NCBI RefSeq assembly: GCF_006345805.1
Contig: NC_043006.1
Location: 69,316,001-69,380,000, forward strand
Source: Octopus sinensis
Lineage: Eukaryota
DNA length: 64,000 bases
Reading direction: 5' to 3'
Both the position numbers and the translations under genes were made by a program. The notes beneath the pieces were generated by a model, which made no database searches, had not been told where the DNA came from, and was given only the letters and a program-made list of their open reading frames with translations. Of this stretch, positions 13,901 to 26,302 are shown piece after piece; position 1 is the first letter of the stretch, and each line of letters starts with the position of its first letter.

Positions 13901-13914
13901 GTTGCCATGGCAAT
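13901..13914. promoter_or_regulatory. RFX X-box-like palindrome GTTGCCATGGCAAT
   Basis: 13/14 match to the GTTGCCATGGCAAC palindrome, in unique-looking sequence; no linked gene identified. Confidence 0.3.
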
Positions 13915-14707
13915 GAAACCTGGCAAGCCTTTTGACCCTACTTTTGTGAGACTTCAAAGTATTTTGGCGACGAGATGGAGAAATAAGTAAGATAGATTGA
14001 CTGTTTTTTAAGGATCTGGAAGGGGATCTCGGAATGGTAAATTTAACTCCCATTCTTTATTCCTGAATGTTTGTCTTTTAATATAACATGACATAACAGT
14101 ATGTAGGGAGACAGGCCCCTACCGACGAGACGAAACCTTATCTCCAGACAAACAGACGAGAACAACGAAAAGTTCCATCAAACCGTCACCCACCTTCACC
14201 AATCACCACCACCACCACCACCACCACCACCACCACCACACCACCACCACCACCATCATTATCAGTCAATAACACCCCCACCCACTACTGCAACCACCAA
14301 CACCAACAATGCTATTACCGCCACCGCCATTATCACCATTGCCAACCAACTCCAGCACCAACCACCACCACCACCACCACCACCACCACCACCAACACTA
14401 TCACCACCAAAACCCCCTACCATCATCACCATTAACATCACCATCATCGCCATATACCCCATCGTTCTGACCGTCCTATCTTCCCAACAAGATGTCAGCA
14501 CAGCCTCGGGTGGAGAGGCAGCTGTAATGTCAAGTGATGACAGACTTCATACCCACTATACACACCCTAACTTTCTTCCCCCAACCCTACTTCCCTTTCT
14601 TTCTTTCTTTCTTTTTCTTCCTTTCTGTCTTTCTTTCTACTTTACAATGAGATTAACGATGTTTTGCTTATTACTTTTAGTATTTCAATTTCTCTCTTTA
14701 TACTCAT

Positions 14708-14755
<48 letters not shown>

Positions 14756-14966
14756 AGTCATGTTTTACTGACAGCCTCTGTGTGTGAGTGTGTGTGTTTA
14801 TGCATTTTGAGTATATATGTATGTATGTGTATATACATTGGCATATACATACATAATATATGCAAACATACATACATACAGATATAATACATACAAACAT
14901 ACAAACATAATACATGAAAGCATGCAAACGAGCAAACATACATACATGCATGCATGCATACATACA

Positions 14967-15000
<34 letters not shown>

Positions 15001-15113
15001 CATACATACATATATACATACATGCATAATTTTCGAATTTGATTTGCAAGTTTCTCGGTTAAAATTCGTGTTGAAACAAATGTTGTCTTGGGAGAGTCCT
15101 TACGCCAATAATG

Positions 15114-15182
<69 letters not shown>

Positions 15183-15183
<1 letters not shown>

Positions 15184-15580
15184 CGATTCTTTTTATTGGC
15201 CACAAGGGCTGACGAACATGATTGGAAAAACAGGACGAAAGGTTACAAAAGGTTTTGAACGTTTTCGAAAGAAAAAAGTCCGTGTAAACAAGCTTTATAA
15301 CAACGAAAAAATTTCAACAATTTACAAAACTCCCAATAGAGGAGACGCTTCGAAAAAAGAAAAGGTCTGACGTGGAAAAACCCATAAAAGTCACGGGAGC
15401 CTGGTCCAAAGTGGGGTAGAGAGCCCCTTTCTCCTTTTATAATACCGTTTTCAATTACAGGCGAAACCTCAGAATTGGTCCATTTATACTGGCCATTCTT
15501 GCACAATTCACCCACCTTTCAGACGCACAGGTTCAGTTCCACTTCTTTATTATCACTAGTCAATTGGTTATGTGAATTAG
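15183..15580 (-). mobile_element. Probable 3' end of a non-LTR element with (ATT)n tail
   Basis: Minus strand T-rich 3' UTR, aataaa, then a long (ATT)n tail; clade not determined. Confidence 0.4.
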
Positions 15581-15778
15581 TTAAGAATGTGAATTGGTTA
15601 CGATACTATCGGTTAATAGTAAAGAAGTAGAATTGAACTTGTGCATGTGTTCGTATTTTTGGCATAATGACCCTTCCAACACACAACAAAATACACTCAC
15701 ATACATTCCTCCACACGCATATAAAACGCGAGATATAGAAAAAGAGAAAGAGTTAGATGTTAGCAAAATTGTGTATAG

Positions 15779-15822
<44 letters not shown>

Positions 15823-16323
15823 ACACACACACACACAAAACACACACATAGAGACGCGCATATATTTATACACACAGATATTAATATACGCCCTACTCAT
15901 GCAAAGACACATACACACATGTATTTATATATTTGTGTGTGTGATTGTGTGTTCGTTTGTGTTTTAGTATGTGTGTATGTGTGTGTGTGTGTTCATGTGC
16001 GTATCGTGACTAGAAGTATAGACAGCGATACAAACCTCACAGGATACATCTTATTTCTTGTAACGATGTGTATTTTAACTGAAAGTGCTACACAACTAAT
16101 AATTTACACGAGGCTATGACCAAAGGCCATCATGAATGAATAAAAAAATTTACTAACCTAAATATCATAGCATTTTCAATAGTATCTGTCCTTTACCCCA
16201 ATACTCAACGTGTCAAATATGACAGCGGTTTCTAATAGAGGCGAACTTGCGAGATATAACGCTGAGATCGCTTGTAGGACCAAAACAGTTGATTTCAGAG
16301 GTATTTCAAAAGGAGTCATCACC

Positions 16324-16690
16324 CGCAAATGGCCCAATGGTTAAGGCAGTGGACTCGCGGTCGGAGGATCGCGGTTTCGATTCCCAGACTGGGCGTTGTG
16401 TGTGTTTATTGAACGAAACCACCTAAAACTCCACCAGCTCCGGCAGGGGTTGGTGGCGACCCATGTTGTACTCTTTCGCTCCAACTTTCTCTCACTCTTT
16501 CTTCCTGTTTCTTGTCCCAGAGTTCCTACGCAACCGCTGAGCCTGGATGCGCATTCATCCATCCGTCGATGCTCTCAGTGTCGGGGGTTGACCTGCTTTC
16601 TCTTCTGCGGATCTTACGAATAGCAAAGGACCACGTTTCGGACTTCTCCCACGAAGACCGCTTCGCTCAACAAACAATCAAACAAGCAAA
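16324..16690 (+). mobile_element. tRNA-derived SINE family D
   Basis: A-box tggcccaatgg, B-box gtttcgattcc; relatives at 25541 and 33321. Confidence 0.8.
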
Positions 16691-19600
16691 CATCACCCGC
16701 AAGCAAGAAAATATGCTTGAATCTGCTCTGATAAAACTTACGGCGGCTGGAATTATCACAAGGATGAAGGTATTACGGAAAACTCCACAAGACTTTGTAC
16801 AAACCAAGGTGTTTCACACCCATATATAATAAAGGGTTCGATGAATGGAATTTTAGATCACGTCCCAATGCCAAGTTGTAACTGTAGAGTACTGTGGAAT
16901 GCCCTATGAGTGGTTACTGCATTCTGAGACCAACGTCATGATGTGTGTATGCGCGCGCGTGTGTGTGTGTATGTGTAGGAGACGTGTCGCCTAGTGGTTA
17001 GGGTGTCGCGCTACGATCGCTAAATCGTCGGGCTGATTGCGCTGTGTTCTCGAACAAACACTTCATTTTACATTATTCTATGGGTGGGTGAGAGATAGAA
17101 TCGTTGGCGCATCAGCAAAAATACTTTACGTTATATCCTCCGGCTCTCTACATTCTGAGTTCAAATCCAACCTGACTGGAGAAGTCAAAGGGAGAAACTA
17201 TTCCAGTATTCATTTCAAGTCTAATCATGGTAGATGAAGTTCCAGTAATCTACTCAACGGCAACAGGGGTGGGTACAGGTCCTTCCATGTAGTACAGTGA
17301 ATGTTGAAGAAGGTTTGTACGTACAGAGCGTATCCAAGGGTAGATATTTACTGTATAGCTCTAGTAAATGTCTAGAGTATATGCATACACTCTACCCATT
17401 TTCCGGTATCTAGGGTTTCAAATCCTTGCTAGATTCAGTGTTTTACAGGGCCAGTCGTTTCCACGTAATAATAATACACCAGCACATTTCGAACCTATTT
17501 ATTCTACACTTCCCATGCGTCCAAATTACCACGGATTGCTATAGAAACTTAAATTCAACAAATGCAGCGAATTAAATATAAATTTTATAAATGGAATACA
17601 AGTAGTTATGCATTGCATTATTACATTAGTGTGTTTATTAGCGAATTATTTTACAAAGAATGCTGCGGTATTACTGCACTCTAGTTGGCAAATTTTAGAA
17701 TTTGAATGGATTTAATTACAAGTGTCTGGAAATTGAGGGTCATCAAAATTGCTGTCTGTTTTGTAGTTGATGATTTCATTTTGCATTCCAGATTTTGCGA
17801 GTGAGACATTTGAGGTGTTTTAATTTGAAGATCCAGGGCAAACAGTCTGCTTGGCTATCTTTTCAAACATTCATCTCAGCAACGTTACTTCGCGCGGTTT
17901 GTTTCCCCGCTATGTAATTTGTTCAAGCAACAAATGAAAATTCAGTGTTTTTGTTGCATAACAAAAGGGAGATGCTCTGACACTTTGATCATCTCACTCA
18001 CCGACACGATTAACTAGTCAATGGAAAGAAAGTCTTTAAGCGATATCTGCTTCGTGATCATCACTTCCTCTGTTTTTTGCAACACTCAGAACAGCGTCCA
18101 TAATTTCAGAGTTTGAAAAATGATACACTGACTTCTTCACAATTGTAATACAACTTTAATCTTTACGTTCTCCAACGCTGTTGCTCATTCACCAATACAT
18201 CAAGGTCTTCCTGAAAAAAAAGGAGAGATAAAAAAATCGTTAAATTTAACCCGAACACCCTGTCGACATTCACTTGGTTGGGTTTTCTCCATTAAGATAA
18301 TTCGTTATTTCTTTGACAAGTCTTGTGACATTTTTTTGTTTGTCAAGGAACTCATAAAGAACTTTTCCCTTTGATACATGAAACCCTGTAAAATCATTAC
18401 CAACATTTTTACCTGATGAATGGTGAATTCTTTTTTTCTTCTTTCTTTTTTGAACGGTGAAACACGAAGAATAGCATGTAAATACTGTGTCAAAAAAACT
18501 CTTTGGATAGAAAGGATCGAAGGCCACACAGGACTCGACCCCATACCTCCAATAAACATGACAGGCTTACTACCATTGTACCAAAGCAATTCTTCGAATT
18601 ACTCTGACCCTTTTAGAAACCTTATTTTTACCAGCAAGGATTGTATTTTGATGACATCATACGAATTTATCAACTTAGAGAGGACGTGAAATATTTCTTT
18701 ATTGGATCGATGAATCTCGAAGCAGATAAAGCTAGGGGTTTTTAACCCAATATTTATACGCTATTATCTATTCTAGTTTCTCTTAGATCGATAAGTATTG
18801 TTGTTCAATAGAGAGGTTTCTTGGGGTGGATCAGGAGTGCTGTATTAGGCATGTACCTTACTGTTACATATATGTTCTGTTTTAAGAAGGACGTTGTACT
18901 TATGAGTGATTTCGCTGCTTTATTTATAAGGTCTTTTGATGTTTCGTGTTTCCCCATTTTAGATATGGTGAAGCATTTGTTGAGATGGTATCTCTGTTGT
19001 ATCGATCGGATTCTACGCAGTCACACATGATTCGTATATTTTAAAGAAAATGGTTGCTTTAGTATTCTGATTCTCTGACATCGTGCGTTCCAAAATTATT
19101 GAAATACAGTTGCTATATTAAATCATCCAAGCGACTACCTAGAAATGTATCACTAATGTTTGTGGCCCCTATATTAAAGGGGTTAGGAAGTTTGAGGTTC
19201 TTGACTACCGCATTGGAATAAGTCCAACGTTTGTTCTACAGTTTCTTTGCAAAGAACAAAAAAGTTTGTCGACGATTTGGCTGCTATATTTAGCAAGTCC
19301 AGTAACTATGTCACAGATTTCCGTGGTTCTTAATTAGAGATATTCAGATATTTGAGGGGGGGGGATATAGTTGTTGATGTTGTTGCAGCTGCTGCTGTGG
19401 TTGTTGTTGTTGTTGTTGTAATGTAGCCCAGATGAAATCCGATTGAGTTCATCTACGCCAGAATACATCCCACCCTTGAGCATCCCGACATATATAAGAC
19501 TACATCATTGTATCCTTTTATTTTTTTGGCTTGTAGAAGATTCGGTTGCTATTTCTAGCGAGTCGAATGACCACATGAAGGATGCTTCGGTGGATCTTTG

Positions 19601-20367
19601 GACGTTTAGTTGTTATATGAAGAAATTTTGATCGTTTGTGACTATGAGAAACTTTCTGACCAGATTATACGAAAACGGAGGACAATCGATCAAACACAAT
19701 ACAAAATAAAATTCTTGTCTAATCTTACAGAAATATTTCGAATCAGAAAATGCCGGAGAATTCTCTGTTGCCCTTTTGGGGTCCAGACAAAACTACTCTA
19801 GACCAACACCCCTTTGGACTATGTGAATGAGAGGAAGAACAGGGAGGAGTCTGAGAATGGCGTAGGGTACAGCATCAGGTTTCAGTAAAATAAGCGTTAA
19901 ATGAACCTCAGCTCTTAATTTGGTATACAATATTGTGTTTGTTTTCATTTTTCAAAGATACAATATGATGTTCCCTTTACTATGCTTAGTTTTGTCTTTA
20001 GGGTAATTATAGAATTAATATTTTGCATCTCAGAAAAGTTTTCTTAAACTACAAATAATAAAATAAACATTATGATATAAAAATAGCTTTTTTTTTTTTT
20101 TGTCTAGGTGTCTTGTGCTCAGAGGTATATTCATGGCGGGTTTTTTTTTTCCCATCTAAGAGGTTTTATCCTAGGTGGGTTTTGTCCTACACTTAGTCCT
20201 TTTACTGAAGAAAACCGTTTTATTCATCAATAAAATATCTTTTGTAAAGGAATATCGTGTTTGAAACTATTTCTCTTTGAGATATGTCAAGGGTATTGAG
20301 GCAAAATGATTTGTAGAAAATACCAATTCTATTCTATTCTTCCTTCCTTCCTTCCTTCTTTCTTTCT

Positions 20368-20415
<48 letters not shown>

Positions 20416-21046
20416 TCATTCTTCCTTCCTTTCTTTCTTTTTTCTTTTTGGTTAATATTTAACATTACTAATGGAATAACCATGACATATAATTTCGCAG
20501 TGGAAGTGTTAAAAAGAGAGAGAAAAAGAAGCTGTTTGAAATAGAAAAGAATTCTTGAAAATATTTAGAGAAAATATTTTGAATAAAAGAATTCACAAGA
20601 CGATTTAAAGAATTCACACAAATATTTTCAAAAACTAAAGAATTGTAGAGAAATAATACTGTATTCATAAAAACCACACCTCCTGTTTGAAAGAGGGTTA
20701 GTGTTTTTATGAAAAGCAGCAACCATATCTATTCTAGATCTAAATATTTCGGCGAAATGGTGGCGAAGGGGAGGTAGAAGGTTGATTAGAAATGGCGGCA
20801 TCTTTTGATGTCGAATTCCTAAGGATTAACTTGTCAAAACTTTAGAAAAAGATTATAAAGGAATCCCGATGGAATATTCTCCATCCGCAGCAGGAATCCT
20901 GAAACAGGGAAGTGTATATATTGTACAGTGTTATAGACTGCACATTCTGGAATACGCATATAAACACATACACATGAGCACACAAACGTTTATGTACATC
21001 ACACGAACGAACTTAAGTGCGTTTGTATTTGTACGATTATGAGTGC

Positions 21047-21077
<31 letters not shown>

Positions 21078-21082
21078 ATATA

Positions 21083-21118
<36 letters not shown>

Positions 21119-21136
21119 TATATATATATGTATATA

Positions 21137-21187
<51 letters not shown>

Positions 21188-21914
21188 AACACACAAACAC
21201 ACACACGCACACACACACGCATATATATATGCGTGCGTGTGTGTGTGTACGCAGACACACATTTTCCCGCTTACTTCATGTCATGCGTACATAAATGTAT
21301 ACATTCATTTGTACGCACGCACAAATATACAAACACACACGTGCATACACAAACAGACGCACATACACTCATACGTACATACATAAATACATTTACACAT
21401 AAACATACATACATACATACATACATACATACATACATACAACATACAGACATACATGCATACATACATACATACATACATACATACATACATACATACA
21501 TACATACGTACATACGTACGTACGTACAGACAGACAGACACATGTAAGTATTAATATAGGTAATGTGATTTGGTATGACTACAGTTCTGGAAAGATAGCC
21601 AACATTTAAGCAAAATCTGAAACACGATGAACTGCTTAGCAGTGCCATATACAAAGAATAACACACTTTTGAATAGTCCTAGAGTAAGACAACATTTGAA
21701 GAGAATAGGGGTGAAGACATCAAATAAAAGCTGATTGATATTGTGGTGTTAGTAGGGGTGGGAGTAAATTTGATAATAGAGACTGTAAGACACATACACA
21801 CACACACACACGCATGCATGCAGGCACTCACACACACATTTCTGAAGTTCTATGATATATCTCGAGCTAGATGTAGTTAGCTTCAGTAATATATACGCGC
21901 GCACATGACACACA

Positions 21915-22310
21915 CATCATCATCATTGTTCGACCGTGGTCGAGACAATGGAATTTACCATGCTACGCCAGACTTCACGGTCCATCATAGCATTACGGAG
22001 GTCCTGTTGCTGGATGCCTGTATCCCTGGAGATTACATCAGGGTAGGAGAGTGTGCGCCCTCTTGTATTGCGAGTAGATCGCTTCCAGAGGAGAAGAGTA
22101 GAAATTGCCTGGCTTTCAGCTCTACAACAATGTCCAGCAAACTGGACTCTCCTACCTTTCACAAGAGATGACACAGATGGTAGTTTCCCATATATTTGCA
22201 TTTTGGTTGGATGACGCTTCCACGAGAGATTTTGAACTCTCATAAGGAGGCGAGTGTAGGTTCCATCCAACCGCCTCTCAAGCTTCTTTGATAACGTCCA
22301 GGTTTCTGAC
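21915..22310 (-). mobile_element. RTE-clade LINE 3' end with (TGA)n tail
   Basis: SETWTLSKKLERRLDGTYTRLL...FAGHCCR...DREVWRS; open for about 130 codons; (tga)n tail. Confidence 0.85.
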
Positions 22311-22623
22311 ACACACATACAAGCATACATACATGCTCGTCTGAGTGATGTCCTGTGCAGTGGTTTTAAATAAAGCGAAGAAGCGTTGCGCAGCATCTGC
22401 CACACTCTCTCTCTCACGCCTGTGACCATCTTCAGTTCAGTTACAAAATTAGGTCAAAACGATTAGGAATTGGGTCGGATACACTCGATGACTGAGATGT
22501 CTTATTTGCTTCGTCTTACTCTCTGCACTCCATAATATGCGTTGCTGCAGTCGCTTTCTCCTCAGCTGAACCATAAAGGTTTCTTCTGCTGGGCTCGCCA
22601 GATCCAGGCTTCACATACACAGG

Positions 22624-22723
22624 NNNNNNNNNNNNNNNNNNNNNNNNNNNNNNNNNNNNNNNNNNNNNNNNNNNNNNNNNNNNNNNNNNNNNNNNNNNNN
22701 NNNNNNNNNNNNNNNNNNNNNNN
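22624..22723. other. Assembly gap (100 N)
   Basis: Exactly 100 Ns; adjacency across the gap is uncertain. Confidence 0.99.
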
Positions 22724-22955
22724 TTCTCGATATGACTGGATTACAGAATATATATACACACGTGTGTAAATGTGTATATACATGTGTAAATACCTGTATA
22801 TGTATGTGTATGTATGTATGTAATACGTATGTGCGTGTGTGTGTGTGTGAGAGAGAGTATGTATCTCTTTCATTTGTCACCTCGTCACATACACCTCAGG
22901 TGACAGACATAATCTTTTTGATTTCTTTCACACATTTTCTTCTATCTATCTATCT

Positions 22956-22999
<44 letters not shown>

Positions 23000-23000
23000 A

Positions 23001-23233
23001 AGGCGGCGAGCTGGCAGAATCGTTAGCACACCGGGCGAAAATGCTTAGCGGTATTTCGTCTGTCGTTACGTTCTGAGTTCAAATTTCGCCGAGGTCAACT
23101 TTGCCTTTCATCCTTTCGGGGTCGATAAATAAAGTACCAGTTTCGCACTGGGGGCGATATAATCGACGCAATCCCTTCGTCTGTCCTTGTTTGTCCCCTC
23201 TATGTTTAGCCCCTTGTGGGCAGTAAAGAAATA

Positions 23234-23235
<2 letters not shown>
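23001..23235 (+). mobile_element. SINE family B, full length
   Basis: aaggcggcgagctggcagaatcg...cttgtgggcagtaaagaaata. Confidence 0.85.
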
Positions 23236-23296
<61 letters not shown>

Positions 23297-23405
23297 ATTC
23301 CTACCTATCTTCTATGTATGTATGTATGTATGTATGTGTGTATGTATGTATGTGTGTATGAATGTATGTATTTATGTATGTATCCATCCATCCATCCATC
23401 CATCC

Positions 23406-23486
<81 letters not shown>

Positions 23487-23769
23487 ACTGTTTGTCTCTC
23501 CATCTCTCTTCTTCCTTATGCGTGTGTGTGCGCGCGTGCGCGAGGGAAATATCCCGGTTCACGATCAAATGCTAAAAATTTAAGAAGGAAAGATGGGAAA
23601 AGTACAATTGCTGAAACGAATAAAGGAGTCCTAATCCGACCATTTAATGCTCAGCTCCAAAGTCACTTCCTTGCTTAGTTTTAGCTTAGTTTTATTCTCG
23701 AGTGGCGAGTCTTCTTCCGATGTCCAGTTCGTGTGTTACATAATCCTTTCTACTAAAGGCACAAGGCTT

Positions 23770-24232
23770 GCCATCTTGCGGGAGGGACTTGTCGATTACA
23801 TCGACCCAAGTGTTTTACTAGTACTTAATTTATCGATACCGAAAGGATGAAAGGCAAAGTCGACCTCAGCGGAATTTGAACTCAGAACCTAAAGACGGAC
23901 GAAATACTTATTTCTTTATTGCTCACAAGGGGCTAAACATAGAGGGGACAAACAAGGACAGACAAAGGGATTAAGTCGATTATATCGACCCCAGTGCATA
24001 ACTGGTACTTTATTTATCGACCCCGAAAGGATGAAAAGCAAAGTCGACCTCGGCGGAATTTGAACTCAGACGAAATATCGCTAAGCATTTCATCCAGCGT
24101 GCTAACGACCCTGCCAGCTCATCGCCTTACACCGCCTTACACCGCCAAAAATAATGCCTCTTATCATACAGCAAAAAATGTCGCTAAGCATATTGTCCGG
24201 CGTGCTAACGATTCTGCCAGCTCGCCATCTTT
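23770..24232 (-). mobile_element. Nested/dimeric SINE family B cluster
   Basis: Three overlapping partial family B segments on the minus strand. Confidence 0.75.
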
Positions 24233-24429
24233 GTGTGTTACATATTATTTCTAGAGCACAAATTGATAAGTATTGCAGCTCAAACACATTCTACTAATCT
24301 CAGGATTCCAATGATAAAAATAAGACTTATTCTCAAAATTATTACTACTTCTATCTTTTGCGTTTTTCTTGTTTTTTGTCACTATTCAACCACACTAGCT
24401 ATCTTTTAAAGCTTTGTACTTATTCAAAA

Positions 24430-25067
24430 TCGGTTTCTTTTGCCGAACCGCTAAGTTACGGGGACGTAAACACATCAACACCGGTTGTCAAGCGGTGATG
24501 GGGAACAAACATACACACGAAGTCGCATACGACAAGCTTCTTTCAGTCTCCGTTTACCAAATCTAACCACAAGCCTTAGGTCAGTCAGAGGTTGCCGAAG
24601 ATGCCACGCAATGGGACTGAACTTGGAACCATGCGATCGGGAAGCGAATGGCTTACCACAAAGCCTTACCTGCGTCTGTATTTAATAAAAGTTAATAGTT
24701 TTCATGCCTAGCTTTCTTTAGAATAATGCACAGGAGTGGCTGACTAGTAAGTAGCTTGCTTACTAAGTAAGTAGCTTGCTTTACGTCCCCGTAACTTAGC
24801 GGTTCGGCAAAAGGAACCGATAGAATAAGTACTAGGATTCAGCCTATTTTACTCTTTTACTTGTTTCAGTCATTTGACTGCGGCCATGCTGGAGCACCGC
24901 CTTTTAGTCGAGCAAATCGACCCAAGGACTTATTCTTTGGAAGCCCAGTACTTATTCTATCGGTCTCTTTTGTCGAACCGCTAAGTTACGGGGACGTAAA
25001 CACACCAGCATCGGTTGTCAAGCGATGCTGGGAGACAAACACAGACCACAAAACAACACACACCCAC

Positions 25068-25098
<31 letters not shown>

Positions 25099-25310
25099 CC
25101 ACACACACAACACACACACACACATATATTATATACATATATACGACGGTCTTCTTTCAGTTTCCGTCTACCAAATCCACTCACAAGGCTTTGGTTGGCC
25201 CTAGGCTATAGTAGAAGACACTTGCCCAAGGTACCACGCAGTGAGACTGAACCCGGAGCCATGTAGTTGGTAAGCAAGCTACTTACCACAAAGCCACTCC
25301 TACGCCTATG
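24430..25310 (-). mobile_element. Two SINE family A copies (24430-24680 partial; 24780-25310)
   Basis: Reverse-complement matches to family A. Confidence 0.8.
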
Positions 25311-25540
25311 TGTATAAATCGGTATCTATATTTGCGATGTTGGTTTGCTTACGTCCCCGTAGCATAGCGGCTCGGCAACTAAAGATTGATAAAAGTAGTA
25401 TCACGTTTAAATTGAAATACTGGATTCGCTTCATTCGTCTAAAAATTCTTCAACGTGGTGCACCAGCTTGGCCGCTGTCTATTAACAGAAGCAATTAAAA
25501 GATATAAAAAAATGATATTTATACGCATATATGTGAACCT

Positions 25541-25848
25541 GTGGAGGCGCAATGGCCCAGTGGTTAGAGCAGCGGACTCGCGGTCGTAGGATCGCGGTTT
25601 CGATTGCCAGACCGTGCGTTTTGAGTGTTTATTGGTCGGAAGCACCTAAAGCTCACCGAGGCTCCGGCAGGGGGTGATGGCGATCCCTGCTGCATTCTTT
25701 CGCCGCAACTTTCTGTCACTCTTTCTTCTGTGGCCTGCTCGCTTAGCCAGCGGGGTGGCATCATTTGAAGGCTAAAACAATGCGAAGCGCATTGTGACCA
25801 GCGATGTGTAGCAACATCTGAAAGCCAGGTCGGTCATGTGATCACGTG
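25541..25848 (+). mobile_element. tRNA-derived SINE family D with 12-bp target-site duplication
   Basis: ATATGTGAACCT at 25529-25540 and 25849-25860; A and B boxes present. Confidence 0.88.
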
Positions 25849-26271
25849 ATATGTGAACCTATACATACTTATATATGTATATATATATATATGTTTATAT
25901 CATTGTCTATACGAATGCGAGTATACATACATATTCTACACTCCTGACTGCGTGTAAACGTAGTTGCTGCGACGATAATGTGTTTGTAGTGAAGAATAAC
26001 TGTGATATCCTGTGATTCGTTTTTGCTATAATTTATGGGTATTTGAGACGAAGCTCTGGATCAGTGGCGAACTGGATATTATTGGATATCAAATAGGCAG
26101 CAGCAACAGCAGGAGCTGGAGGATAAGGAGGAGGGTGTGTAGAATTGATCAGTTAAGTGGTATCATTATAACTTCCTAACAGTATAGGTAACTGGAATGA
26201 CAGAGGGAGTCTGATAATGTGAACAGATGTGTATAGTAGACTATTTATGCAATACGCACACAAACAAACAT

Positions 26272-26302
<31 letters not shown>

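Noticed and set aside
13965-13974. TGGCGACGAG as a Gypsy primer-binding site
   Set aside because: No LTR pair, PPT or gag/pol remnant could be found around it
14115-14150. CCGACGA-GAC-GAAA hammerhead-like spacing
   Set aside because: Only 3 nt for stem II and no NUH triplet with paired arms
15208-15239. CTGACGA...GAAA as an HHR
   Set aside because: No stem II, III or I pairing
17720-19100. Higher-complexity minus-strand sequence resembling decayed transposase or GIY-YIG coding DNA
   Set aside because: No diagnostic motif recovered through the stops and frameshifts; needs a profile search
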